Virus record (IMG/VR): IMGVR_UViG_2922401287_000005
Coordinates: 29,641-93,640 of that record
Length of the DNA: 64,000 bases
Strand: one strand, 5' to 3'
From: a virus
Below the pieces are notes generated by a model, which searched no databases, was not told where the DNA came from, and was given only the letters and a program-made list of their open reading frames with translations. Shown piece by piece: positions 1-8,747 of this stretch. Position 1 is the first letter of the stretch; every line of letters begins with the position of its first letter. The translations under genes were made by a program, and so were the position numbers.

Positions 1-311
1 AGCGTATTGAGGTCTGCCGACAGTGCGCCGATGCCGACGATCGGGGTGGTCGAGAAGCTGATCTTCCCCGTCGTACCGAGCGAGTTAGCCAGCACAATCT
101 GGCGGCCGAGCGTCGTGCCCGACCACGTTCCGATGCCGATCTCCCACAGGGTGAGATCGGCGCTTTCGGCGCGGTAGCTGTAGCTCGCGCTGGTGATGGC
201 GCCAGCGGTGCTCGGGGTCTGGTAGCCGGCAAGCGCGCTTCCGACGGTGAAGTCCGCGGTTCCGGCCACGCCGGAGATGAACCGGCAGACGTCGAGGAAG
301 GAACTTGCCAT
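1..311 (-). CDS. Virion structural protein, partial (runs off the left edge)
   Basis: ATG at 311 reads MASSFLDVCRFISGVAGTADFTVGSALAGYQ... with no stop to the edge; Ala/Thr/Gly-rich; downstream of the capsid gene. Confidence 0.7.
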   Translation of the reverse strand, partial: MASSFLDVCRFISGVAGTADFTVGSALAGYQTPSTAGAITSASYSYRAESADLTLWEIGIGTWSGTTLGRQIVLANSLGTTGKISFSTTPIVGIGALSADLNT

Positions 312-330
312 CGGGTGAGCCTGTGCGGGC

Positions 331-1185
331 TCAGGCCACGCTGAGCGTCATGCTGGATGCGGAGAACGACGCCGTGATGCCGCCGGGCAGCGACTGCGAT
401 GCGACCTTGCGTACCGAGCCCGAGCCCGACGCCGAGGTGTTGACGCCGGTGACGTTGAAGGTGTCGGCGGTGACGCCGGCGACCGTCTGCAGGCCGGTGT
501 AGCTGCCGGCCGAGAAGGTCGGCGCGGTGCCGCCGTACTCGGTCGAGAAGATGAAGCTGTCGCCGTTGGCGTAGCCGTGCGCCTTCGCGGTGATGACGCC
601 GGGAGATGCAGCCGTGACGGTCGCGGGCAGCCAGCTGAACTGGCCCATGTAGTCCCAGAACGTCAGGTTGCCCGCGCTCGATGCGTCGAAGAGCCCCCAC
701 GCAATCAGCGTGCCCCAGCCGGTGGACGTCGAGGCCGCAAACGTGACCTGCGCACCGTTCGATGCGAGGACCGGCGCCGAGCCGGTCGCATCCGGGAAGG
801 CCGAATAGGTGATGCTGTCGCCGGACGAGATGGCGAACGCCGCGTTTGCGGTCAGGGTGACCGTGGTGGCGCCGACCAACTGCACCGTCCCGACGACATT
901 GCCGGTCGTAGCGTCGCGCGCCTGCATTCCGACGGTGATCCAGGAGGGCACCGCCGAATGCGTGATGGTCGGGCTCGCGGTGGTGGTGGCTGCCGTCGTT
1001 GCGACGGAGCCAGCCACCTGCACGCGCGCGTAGCCGTTGCCCGCGACCTCGGTGAAGCCGGTGCCTGCGTCGGTACCGACCGCCGTGAACAGCGCGAGCC
1101 AGACACCGGTGAGAGCCGGCATGGCCTTCGCGCCGGTCAGATAGTTCAGGGCGTTCTTGGCGGAGTAGTCGGTAAAGCCGGTCAT
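331..1185 (-). CDS. Virion structural protein (Ala/Thr/Gly-rich, beta-rich)
   Basis: 284 aa ORF in the structural module; composition typical of virion proteins. Confidence 0.75.
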   Translation of the reverse strand: MTGFTDYSAKNALNYLTGAKAMPALTGVWLALFTAVGTDAGTGFTEVAGNGYARVQVAGSVATTAATTTASPTITHSAVPSWITVGMQARDATTGNVVGTVQLVGATTVTLTANAAFAISSGDSITYSAFPDATGSAPVLASNGAQVTFAASTSTGWGTLIAWGLFDASSAGNLTFWDYMGQFSWLPATVTAASPGVITAKAHGYANGDSFIFSTEYGGTAPTFSAGSYTGLQTVAGVTADTFNVTGVNTSASGSGSVRKVASQSLPGGITASFSASSMTLSVA

Positions 1186-1236
1186 GCGATCGGTGTCCCC
1201 TACGAGGTGATACGGGTGCGCGGAGCGATCCGCGCG

Positions 1237-1575
1237 TTACTTGCCGGCGCCGTCGCCAGCGGCGCCAGTCGCGCCGGTCGCGGCCTTGGCGGGCTTCTTC
1301 TTGACCGCGGCCAGCAGCGCAGCGACGAGCTTGTCGGCGCGCATGGCCGGGTTCGCGGCGACGCCGAGCGCCTCGAGCACCGCGATCATGTCGTCGCGGC
1401 CGATCGTGATCTTCTCGGAGGGCGCGGGCGGCGCCTCGCCGGAGACGAAACCGTGCGGGATCAGATGCTCGACGACGTGCTCGGCAACCTCGACGGTGCC
1501 GTCCTCGGCAACAGTGAACTCGTGACCGGCGTGCGAGAACGAGTTGACGCCTTCCGGCGCAAACAGCTTGGGCAT
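1237..1575 (-). CDS. Small head-associated protein, possibly a gpFI-like packaging chaperone
   Basis: ATG 1575 with GGAG RBS (MPKLFAPEG..., 112 aa); directly after the capsid gene; C-terminal HeH-like segment RDDMIAVLEALGV...ADKLVAALL. Confidence 0.6.
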   Translation of the reverse strand: MPKLFAPEGVNSFSHAGHEFTVAEDGTVEVAEHVVEHLIPHGFVSGEAPPAPSEKITIGRDDMIAVLEALGVAANPAMRADKLVAALLAAVKKKPAKAATGATGAAGDGAGK

Positions 1576-1658
1576 TGGTAGCTCCAGTGGTGGGGGTGCA
1601 AAGGCGAGAGAGGCAGAGGCGCGCGTACGCGCCCCTGCCGACGCTGCGAGAGCGTCAA

Positions 1659-3260
1659 TTAGCCGTTGGCGATGTTCGAGATCATCGCGAAGGCGGGCGG
1701 GAAGTAGCACTGCAGCACTTCGTCGGCGTAGACGCCCGACTCGTACTTGCGGGTCCGCAGCGGCCACTCGATCTGGTAGTAGTCCTGACGGCAGCGGACC
1801 TGCAGGACGTTGGCGATACCCGAGACCGGGTACGGCAGCGACTTCGACGTCATCACGATCGTGCCCGCGGGCATGTTCGGATGGATGCGGATGTCGAGGG
1901 TCTTGGCGCCGCCCATGCTGAAACGGTTCAGATAGGTGCGGACCATGATGCCGCCGCCGAGGCTGTCGCGCTCGGAGTTGAACACGAACCGCTGGGCCGC
2001 GTTGGACGAGCCCTGCAGGATCTTCTTGGAGATGTTCAACGCCTCCTGCGAGTTCACCCAGATGGTGTCGGGCGACAGGCGGAAGTTGTCCCAGCGATCC
2101 TTCAGCGCGGCGTCGATCTCGACGATGCCGCCGGAGCCGTCCGAGGTCAGCGGCGTACCGACGCCGGCAGCGCCGGTGGCGAGACGGCCGACATAGGCAT
2201 TCGACCCGGCCTTGAGCAGCTGGGTCATGATGCCGTCGAACACGAGGCTGTTGGTCGACTGGTCGCTCGACGGCAGCGAGGCTGCGGTCTGCGTGCCGGT
2301 CGCGGCCGCCACGATGGCAACCGAATTGATCGAGGTGATCGCACCGAGCACCTCGGAGCCAGCCGCGCCCCAGAACCAAGCGTAGCCGCAGGCGCCGTTG
2401 ACCGCCGCAACGGTCGCCGTCAGCGAGCCGGTGGTGCCGCTCGCGACGGTGCCGGTGGCAGCCACCGACTTCTGCGCGGAGCCGCCGCCGAACGTGTCGG
2501 ACGAACCGTCAGCGTTGGCGCGGGTGATCGAGGCCTGGATACCGCCGGCGATCGAGCCGTTGACCATGGCATCGAACGCGAGCGCGACGCAGATCACCGA
2601 GTAGGTCGCGGCAGCCAGAACGCCGCCGGTGATCGAGGCCGCGACCGTCGGGGTCGGGGTGATGCCGAGCTGCAGCGAGGTGTTGCCACCGAGCAGCAGC
2701 GCCTCTTCGCCGATCATGGTGGCCTCGAGGCCGACCTTGGCCGCGATCGCCCGGATGTCGTCGAAGCCGCGGCCAGCGTACTCGGCCTCGAAGTCGACGT
2801 TGGTTTCCAGACCGATGCCGCGGTAAGCCGCCGCGTAGTCCTGCGTGGAGACCGCCTGCACGCCGCCGCGGTTACCGGCCGAGACGCCGATCCGCATGTT
2901 GGCGGTGTTCACGCCGGTGACCGCACGCCAAGCGGCCTGAATGCCGCCCTTGCCGGTCACGCGCGGAATTTCGTTCCGCAGCGGGGTGAGAACCGGGTAC
3001 ACGAACTTCGCGCCCAGCTCGAGGTCGTAGTAGGTCAGGCCCGTGGTGGGCGAGCCGGCCTGCTGGAACGTCGCCGACTTGGCGAACATCTCCGGGACGA
3101 AGTTGCGCGCCTCGTGCGACTTCGACATCGACGCGAGGAAGGACTGCACTTCGGCGGCGATCGCAGCGCGATCGAGGTTGCCGTTGACGGTGTAGATCGG
3201 CGCCCACGACTTCTGCAGCTCGTGCGGCAGGAAGTCGGTATACTTGACGAGAGCGTTCAT
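1659..3260 (-). CDS. Major capsid protein (HK97-like) with an internal Ala/Thr/Gly-rich insertion
   Basis: 533 aa, GGAG RBS, follows the protease/scaffold gene; N-terminal YDLE..AK..YPVLTPLRN and C-terminal EVLQCYFPPAFAMISNI resemble capsid proteins. Confidence 0.8.
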   Translation of the reverse strand: MNALVKYTDFLPHELQKSWAPIYTVNGNLDRAAIAAEVQSFLASMSKSHEARNFVPEMFAKSATFQQAGSPTTGLTYYDLELGAKFVYPVLTPLRNEIPRVTGKGGIQAAWRAVTGVNTANMRIGVSAGNRGGVQAVSTQDYAAAYRGIGLETNVDFEAEYAGRGFDDIRAIAAKVGLEATMIGEEALLLGGNTSLQLGITPTPTVAASITGGVLAAATYSVICVALAFDAMVNGSIAGGIQASITRANADGSSDTFGGGSAQKSVAATGTVASGTTGSLTATVAAVNGACGYAWFWGAAGSEVLGAITSINSVAIVAAATGTQTAASLPSSDQSTNSLVFDGIMTQLLKAGSNAYVGRLATGAAGVGTPLTSDGSGGIVEIDAALKDRWDNFRLSPDTIWVNSQEALNISKKILQGSSNAAQRFVFNSERDSLGGGIMVRTYLNRFSMGGAKTLDIRIHPNMPAGTIVMTSKSLPYPVSGIANVLQVRCRQDYYQIEWPLRTRKYESGVYADEVLQCYFPPAFAMISNIANG

Positions 3261-3302
3261 CGCTCAAGACTCCAAAACTGGTGATTGCGGGGTGTGGTGG
3301 GT

Positions 3303-3428
3303 GCGCCGTGGTGCCGTCCCCGGCAGGCGCGAGCAGACGCGCGACGTCGTTCCCGCAGTGACCGTCCCCGGCCCGGGTTCTCGTCGCGATGAAGGCTGCG
3401 GCGCCCTACCCGTCCCCGGGTGGGCGCC
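3303..3428 (-). promoter_or_regulatory. Three CCG-GGGA-CGG stem-loops in the capsid 5' leader
   Basis: CCGTCCCCGG (+ strand) at 3314, 3362 and 3410; the flanking stems differ in sequence but each pairs. Confidence 0.7.
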
Positions 3429-3449
3429 TAGCCGAATTTCAGGAAGTGA

Positions 3450-6413
3450 TCAGACCTGGCCGCGCGTCGGCATCTGCCGACGCATGGACGCCTCGGTGGC
3501 TCGGGTGTTGAGCTCCTCGGACGTGATCTTCGCCAGATCACTGGTCACCATGTCGATGGCCTTCTCCGCGACGCGGTAGGGACCGTTCGGCACGGCGGCC
3601 GGATAGAGCGAGACCTCGGCGACACGCTTGGTGAGGTCGCCGTTCTGGGTGGTCAGGGTCGCGATCTCCTCGCGGAGCGGGCCCGTGGCCTTGGCGACCT
3701 CGTCGCTGATCTTCAGCGCGATGCCGGCCTCGATGTCCTTGAACAGCTGGGCCTGCGCGGCCGAAGCGGCAGCGACCTGCGCCTTGAGCAGATCGTTCGC
3801 CTCGATCGCCTTGCCGAGATCGTCGCCGGCGGCCTTCTCCGCAGCACCGCAGCAGCCCTTGTCGAGCTTGACCATGGTGTCGTGGATCTCCTTGATCGCG
3901 GCGCGATCCTTGGCGCTGTGCCGCGCGCCGCGCTTGAGGAGATCGGCCAGCGGAGCTGCGCGCGTCAGCGCCTCGCTCTGCTCTTCGGCCTTGATGTGGG
4001 TCAGCACGGTGTCGAGCACGGCGGCGACGATGTCGCCGAGGTCGACCAGCGCGGTACCGAAGCGGTCGCGCAGCTCCTTCGGCACCTCGATGCCCCACTC
4101 GCCCTCGGTCATGTTCTCGCACGCCTGAACGCACGCGAGCATGTTGGTGAGGTCGCCCATCATGTAGAGGCCGGCGCCCTTGGCGAGCTCGTCGCCCTCG
4201 ATCGCCTCGCCCTTGAACACGAGTCCCTCGGGCAGCTTGTCGACGAGCGACAGCGCACGGGCGGCCTTGACCAGCTCGCGGGTCTCCACGTGGGAGGCGT
4301 TCAATGCGTCGAACAGCGTGATCGCCTTCTCGACGCCCTCGGCGGTGGTGAGGTCAGCCTTCTCGACGGTCGCGGTCTCGCCTTCGGGCTTCGCATCGCC
4401 CTCGGCACCCTTGGCGACCTCGGCGGGCTTTTCGCCGGTCTTGAGCGCATCGAGCACGGGAGCGGCCGCCTTGGCGACCGCGTCCTTGGCTTCGAGCTCG
4501 GCGAGCGCCTTCAGCAGATCGCCCTTCTTGGCGAAGGTCTGGTTCGGCAGGCGCGGCGACGCCCAGACCTGGGCGACGTCGTCGGGAGTGGTCTTGGTCA
4601 AATCGACGCCCTCGGTTGCGGTGTTTTCGATCGTGCCGCCGGCTTCGACGGTGGCGGTGGCGCCCTTGGCGACCTCGGCAGCGGCCGCCTCAGCGGCGAC
4701 CGGCTCAGCAGCGGGCTGCTCAACGGGAGCGGCCTTCTTGGCGGCGGCCTCGTCCTCGAGCGCCTTGCGGGCGTCGGCGATGTGCACCAGCCAGTCGCCA
4801 CCCTTCTCGGTCGCGATCTCGGTGGCGCGCTTGGCGACCATGTCGTTGGTGATGACGATCTCCTCGGTGGTCTCCGGCTTGGAGGCCTCGCCGCCGGCGA
4901 ACTTGCGCATCTCCTCGGTGCCGTCCGCCTTGATCATGGAGAACGTGGCGGAGGGGCCGCACGGCAGGTCGACCAGCGAAATCTCGGAGGGCGCGGCGGT
5001 GTAGCGCTTTGCGTCACCGTCCTGCCAGCGCTTCAGATAGCGGCCGCCGATGGAGAAGCCGGTGTAGACGCCCTCCTCGACCTTCTTCCACTCATTGTCG
5101 TCGACGACCTTGGCGGCGATGTCGATCGCCTTGCGCGCATCGTCGAAGCCGATGTCGGTCAGCTTGCCGGCCGCGATCGCCGAGTGCATCGAGCGCACGT
5201 TGCCGAAACTCTTGCCGTCGGTCACCTTCGCGATGTCGCCCGACCACCTCTCGAAGTGCGGCTTCGAGGTCGCGTAGTCGAAGATCTCGTTGGCGCGATC
5301 GACTTCCTCGACCACTGCGGTGCCGTAAACGATGCGCTTGGCGGCATCGACCTTCGCGATTTGCACGAAGAGCGAAAGATTATCCATGTCCAGTTCTCCT
5401 GCGTCGCGTTTTTCGACGACGGTTGACATCCAGTTTTCTTTGATCTCGGCCCACTGCTCGGGTCCGAACTCAAGCACGCCGTCGAACGGCGCCATCTCGT
5501 CGATGACGATGTCCGCTCCCTGATAGGTGAGCGTGACGTGCGATTTGAAGTCAGGCCACCGCCAGACGGCGCCTGCGTCGTGGATCTCGCGATGACGCGA
5601 GGCGAGCTCGTCGGAGTGGAAGCGAAGCACGAGGGCTTCACCTTCCTTGCCGAGGCGCTCGAGGTGACGCTCACCGCCTTCGACCCGGAAGATCGGCACG
5701 CTGGAGCGCGGCACGCCGGACCATTCGACCGGCTCTTTCGAGTAGGCGATGGTGACGTGGAAATCGTCGATGGGCAGCGTGACCGGGAAGCCGTTGGCTG
5801 CGGCCCAGCTCTTGAGTGCCTCGCCGTTGCGAAGGCTGCGCTTGATGTAGAGCGTGCGCTTGTCGCCCTTGGCGAAGCGCATCGGGCCGCCCTCGACGAC
5901 GGAAATGACGAGCGGCAGCGAAGCGCGGACGCCAGGATGCAGCGGCTCGGGCGGCGCGCGCAGATATTCCCAGCGCGCCTCGGTGTGCTCGTCGTTCAGC
6001 TTGACGGCGAGCTTCTCCTCGACGCGCTGAACGAAGGTGGTGAAGTCGACCCGGCCGGTTGCGATCTGGCAGACCTGGCCGCGGATACCCGCAGGGTCGA
6101 GCGTGATGCCGGCCTCTTCGAGCGTCTCGCGGATCGCGGCCTCTTCGGCCGTCTCGCCCGCGTCGATGCCCCCACCCGGGAAATTCCACTCGCCGCCGTG
6201 GTCCCCGCCCGGAGCCCGCTTCATGAACAGCGCGCGCCCATCCGGGGTCACGATGGCGATGCCGGCCGCCTGATGGCGGCCTGCGTCCGGATCGACGGCC
6301 GCCTTGGTGGCGTCCTTCTTCTTTTTCTTCTTCTGGCCCTCGAGGTCGTAGCCCTGAAGGCCGGACGTTGCCGACGCCGGCGCGGCGAAGGTCGATTTCT
6401 CCGCCGCGGTCAT
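3450..6413 (-). CDS. Fusion protein: Nudix hydrolase + Acb1-like 2H phosphoesterase + prohead protease + scaffold
   Basis: Likely start 6413 (GGAG RBS); Nudix box GGIDAGETAEEAAIRETLEEAG; HVTIAYS and HVTLTY motifs; protease-like AKVD...RIVYG...NVRSMH...EISLVD; Ala/Glu/Lys-rich C-terminus. Confidence 0.85.
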   Translation of the reverse strand: MTAAEKSTFAAPASATSGLQGYDLEGQKKKKKKDATKAAVDPDAGRHQAAGIAIVTPDGRALFMKRAPGGDHGGEWNFPGGGIDAGETAEEAAIRETLEEAGITLDPAGIRGQVCQIATGRVDFTTFVQRVEEKLAVKLNDEHTEARWEYLRAPPEPLHPGVRASLPLVISVVEGGPMRFAKGDKRTLYIKRSLRNGEALKSWAAANGFPVTLPIDDFHVTIAYSKEPVEWSGVPRSSVPIFRVEGGERHLERLGKEGEALVLRFHSDELASRHREIHDAGAVWRWPDFKSHVTLTYQGADIVIDEMAPFDGVLEFGPEQWAEIKENWMSTVVEKRDAGELDMDNLSLFVQIAKVDAAKRIVYGTAVVEEVDRANEIFDYATSKPHFERWSGDIAKVTDGKSFGNVRSMHSAIAAGKLTDIGFDDARKAIDIAAKVVDDNEWKKVEEGVYTGFSIGGRYLKRWQDGDAKRYTAAPSEISLVDLPCGPSATFSMIKADGTEEMRKFAGGEASKPETTEEIVITNDMVAKRATEIATEKGGDWLVHIADARKALEDEAAAKKAAPVEQPAAEPVAAEAAAAEVAKGATATVEAGGTIENTATEGVDLTKTTPDDVAQVWASPRLPNQTFAKKGDLLKALAELEAKDAVAKAAAPVLDALKTGEKPAEVAKGAEGDAKPEGETATVEKADLTTAEGVEKAITLFDALNASHVETRELVKAARALSLVDKLPEGLVFKGEAIEGDELAKGAGLYMMGDLTNMLACVQACENMTEGEWGIEVPKELRDRFGTALVDLGDIVAAVLDTVLTHIKAEEQSEALTRAAPLADLLKRGARHSAKDRAAIKEIHDTMVKLDKGCCGAAEKAAGDDLGKAIEANDLLKAQVAAASAAQAQLFKDIEAGIALKISDEVAKATGPLREEIATLTTQNGDLTKRVAEVSLYPAAVPNGPYRVAEKAIDMVTSDLAKITSEELNTRATEASMRRQMPTRGQV

Positions 6414-6435
6414 GGCGTCTCCGGGAGCTGGGGGA

Positions 6436-7644
6436 TCAGGTGAGCGTGTTGGCCCACGCCGTGATGGTCGGCGTGATGTTCGTGTTGCCAAGCGCGTTCG
6501 GGTGAATGCCGTCGGCGGTGAGAACGCCGCCCGAGACCTTCCACTTGCCGGGGTTGGCCGGATCTTCGACCACCGCGGCGACGTCGATGACGCCGTCGAT
6601 GGTCACGCCGACCTGCGTCAGCAGCCATGCGTTGAACAGGCCGCGGATGCCGGTGCTTTCGTAGTTGGCAACGACGGTCTGGCCGCCCGTCGTGGTGAAG
6701 CCGTCCGACGAGGTGCAGCGCGGCAGCAGCGTGCATTGGTAGACCTTGAGGCCCCGCGCCTTCGCCGACTTCCAGTTCGCGAGGGCCAACGTCTGCATGC
6801 TGGCGAGCGAGACGCCGCCGGCAGGGTCGTTGTTGCCCATGTCGGTGACGTAGTGGGTGGCGAAGTCCATCAGGCTGTCGCGCCGCCAGCCGTGCCCGAT
6901 CGCGCCCTCGCCCTGCAGGCTGTCGCCGGCACGCGCGAGGTTCATGAACGGGATCGCGCCGCCGGAGGCTGCGATCAGGCCGCGCTCGAGGAAGCCGTTG
7001 GCGCCGACGTTGTTGTTCACGTCAGCCACGCCGACCGCGATGCTGTCACCGCGGATCACGACGGCGGGCGTCGGCGTCAGCGGGTAGCCGAGCACTGCGA
7101 GGGGGCCATACCCCTTCGAGACCAGCACGCCGCCGTTCCCGACCATGGCGCCGGTGACGCCGAGCACCTGGCTGCTGCCGGAGGTGTTCTCGACGAACGT
7201 GTCGGCGGTGGTCAGCGTCAGCACGCCGTACTGCACGAATTGACCGGCAGACGCGACGGTGACGCCCGTCCGGATGGCGAAATCGGTCGAGGGCGCGAAG
7301 TCCGCGCCGATCTTGTCCGTGATGAAGTAGTGGGCGCCGGCGGAGAGCAGCCGGTTGACCTGGCCGCCGAAGAACGCTCGGCGCGTGAACACGCCAGTCA
7401 GCGATTCCAGCGCCGCCTCCACCGTGATGTCGTTCGGCGCGTCAGCGTCCGAGCTGGTCGCGTTGGCAAGGAAGTTGCCGTACAGGAGGCAGATGTCGCG
7501 CACATAGACCGGCGCCGAGCGCATCTTGATGCGGCTCTCGAACCGGGTCGCGGTGCCGCCGCCCTGCGTGTAGTCGCCCATGACGCGGCCGCGCGTGGCG
7601 ACGACCTGCAGCTTGCGCGGGGAGATGCGTTGGAAGTCGGTCAT
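6436..7644 (-). CDS. SGNH/GDSL hydrolase domain protein
   Basis: GDSI (block I), GNND (block III) and DGIHP (block V) motifs. Confidence 0.85.
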   Translation of the reverse strand: MTDFQRISPRKLQVVATRGRVMGDYTQGGGTATRFESRIKMRSAPVYVRDICLLYGNFLANATSSDADAPNDITVEAALESLTGVFTRRAFFGGQVNRLLSAGAHYFITDKIGADFAPSTDFAIRTGVTVASAGQFVQYGVLTLTTADTFVENTSGSSQVLGVTGAMVGNGGVLVSKGYGPLAVLGYPLTPTPAVVIRGDSIAVGVADVNNNVGANGFLERGLIAASGGAIPFMNLARAGDSLQGEGAIGHGWRRDSLMDFATHYVTDMGNNDPAGGVSLASMQTLALANWKSAKARGLKVYQCTLLPRCTSSDGFTTTGGQTVVANYESTGIRGLFNAWLLTQVGVTIDGVIDVAAVVEDPANPGKWKVSGGVLTADGIHPNALGNTNITPTITAWANTLT

Positions 7645-7648
7645 CGGT

Positions 7649-7864
7649 TCACATCCTTACGAGCGTGACGACGGGCTCGGCTGCGGAGCGCGAGGTCGCA
7701 GCGGTCACGCGCTGCCCGTTGAAGGTGACGAAATCCCAGCGAGTGCCGGCCGGTGCGGCCACGCCACCGGCGTAGGAGGCGGCGACCCGCACCGACGAGG
7801 CGGTGCGGTCGAGTGTCGCCCGGCGCGCGATCGACGCGCGGCGGGCCAGCTGCAGCCGGCTCAC
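7649..7864 (-). CDS. Hypothetical protein (71 aa)
   Basis: GTG at 7864 overlaps the upstream stop; its 3' end supplies the AAGGA RBS of the next gene. Confidence 0.55.
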   Translation of the reverse strand: MSRLQLARRASIARRATLDRTASSVRVAASYAGGVAAPAGTRWDFVTFNGQRVTAATSRSAAEPVVTLVRM

Positions 7865-8193
7865 GCCGCGATCCACGCAATCTTGTCGCCGGCGTCGACC
7901 AGAATATCGACGGCGCCGAAGCTCGGATCGAAGTAGCGCAGCGGACCCACGTTGGTGTCCGCGTTCGGGCCGACGGTGTAGAAGATCGCGGCCGAGGCGT
8001 TGATCGTCAGCATCGGCAGCAGCAGCTGCGCGTTCGGCAGAACGCTGCCGGCCTGCGCCGCGATGGAGGACTGCCCGGGGTTCGCCATCAGCTGCGACCC
8101 GGTCGCGCCGTAAGGCAGCGCGACATGGGGCACGCCACCGGCAAAGCCGACGTTGCAGTATCCGAAAGTGATGTGAACGCCAGACAGAGCCAT
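7861..8193 (-). CDS. Hypothetical virion-module protein (110 aa)
   Basis: ORF in operon with typical codon use. Confidence 0.65.
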   Translation of the reverse strand: MALSGVHITFGYCNVGFAGGVPHVALPYGATGSQLMANPGQSSIAAQAGSVLPNAQLLLPMLTINASAAIFYTVGPNADTNVGPLRYFDPSFGAVDILVDAGDKIAWIAA

Positions 8194-8233
8194 GGAGGTG
8201 TCCTACCGGTTGAGCGCGGTTGAGGGCGTGAGA

Positions 8234-8554
8234 TCAGGCGGTGGCGCCCGTCTCGTTCTTCCAGTTCTTGCCGTCCCAGATCACCAGGTGGTTGATCGTG
8301 GTGTCGTAGAAGCGGAAGCCGATGAGCAGCGGATGAGTGCCGAGCGCCGAGGTCGGCCGCGCGGTGGTCGGGCCGGACGGCGCCAGCAGCATCCAGCCGT
8401 TGGCCTGCAGCCCTGCCGAGTCGAACTCGGGCACGTCCTGCACTCCGCCCGCCGGATCGAAGGTGCGACCGTTGACGGTGACCTTGCGGCCGTTCGCGGG
8501 CGGGATCAGACGGTGGGTGGTGATGGTGGAGTTGATGGTCACGGCGTTACCCAT
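8234..8554 (-). CDS. Small structural protein
   Basis: Start MGNAVT at 8554; GPTTARP...FYDTT...WDG..W motif typical of small virion modules. Confidence 0.7.
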   Translation of the reverse strand: MGNAVTINSTITTHRLIPPANGRKVTVNGRTFDPAGGVQDVPEFDSAGLQANGWMLLAPSGPTTARPTSALGTHPLLIGFRFYDTTINHLVIWDGKNWKNETGATA

Positions 8555-8747
8555 TGAATTTGTCCCCCAAGGGTTCGAGCTCGCCGACCGAGACATACTT
8601 GTCCGGTCGCGCGAGCTGAGCGGCCGCCGCGTTGCGGTGGGCCATCTCGTTGATCCGGCGAAGCTCGGCGAGCGTCAGCATCTGCTGGCCGCTCTCCTTC
8701 GCCTCGTTGCGGCGAGCGCCGCGGTATGATCCGGCTGGTCGGGCCAT
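8547..8747 (-). CDS. Hypothetical basic protein (66 aa)
   Basis: ATG overlaps the portal stop; stop overlaps the next start. Confidence 0.55.
   Translation of the reverse strand: MARPAGSYRGARRNEAKESGQQMLTLAELRRINEMAHRNAAAAQLARPDKYVSVGELEPLGDKFNG

Noticed and set aside
3314-3419. Periodic repeats as a mini CRISPR array
   Set aside because: Only 10 nt conserved, the spacers form part of the stems, and there are no cas genes
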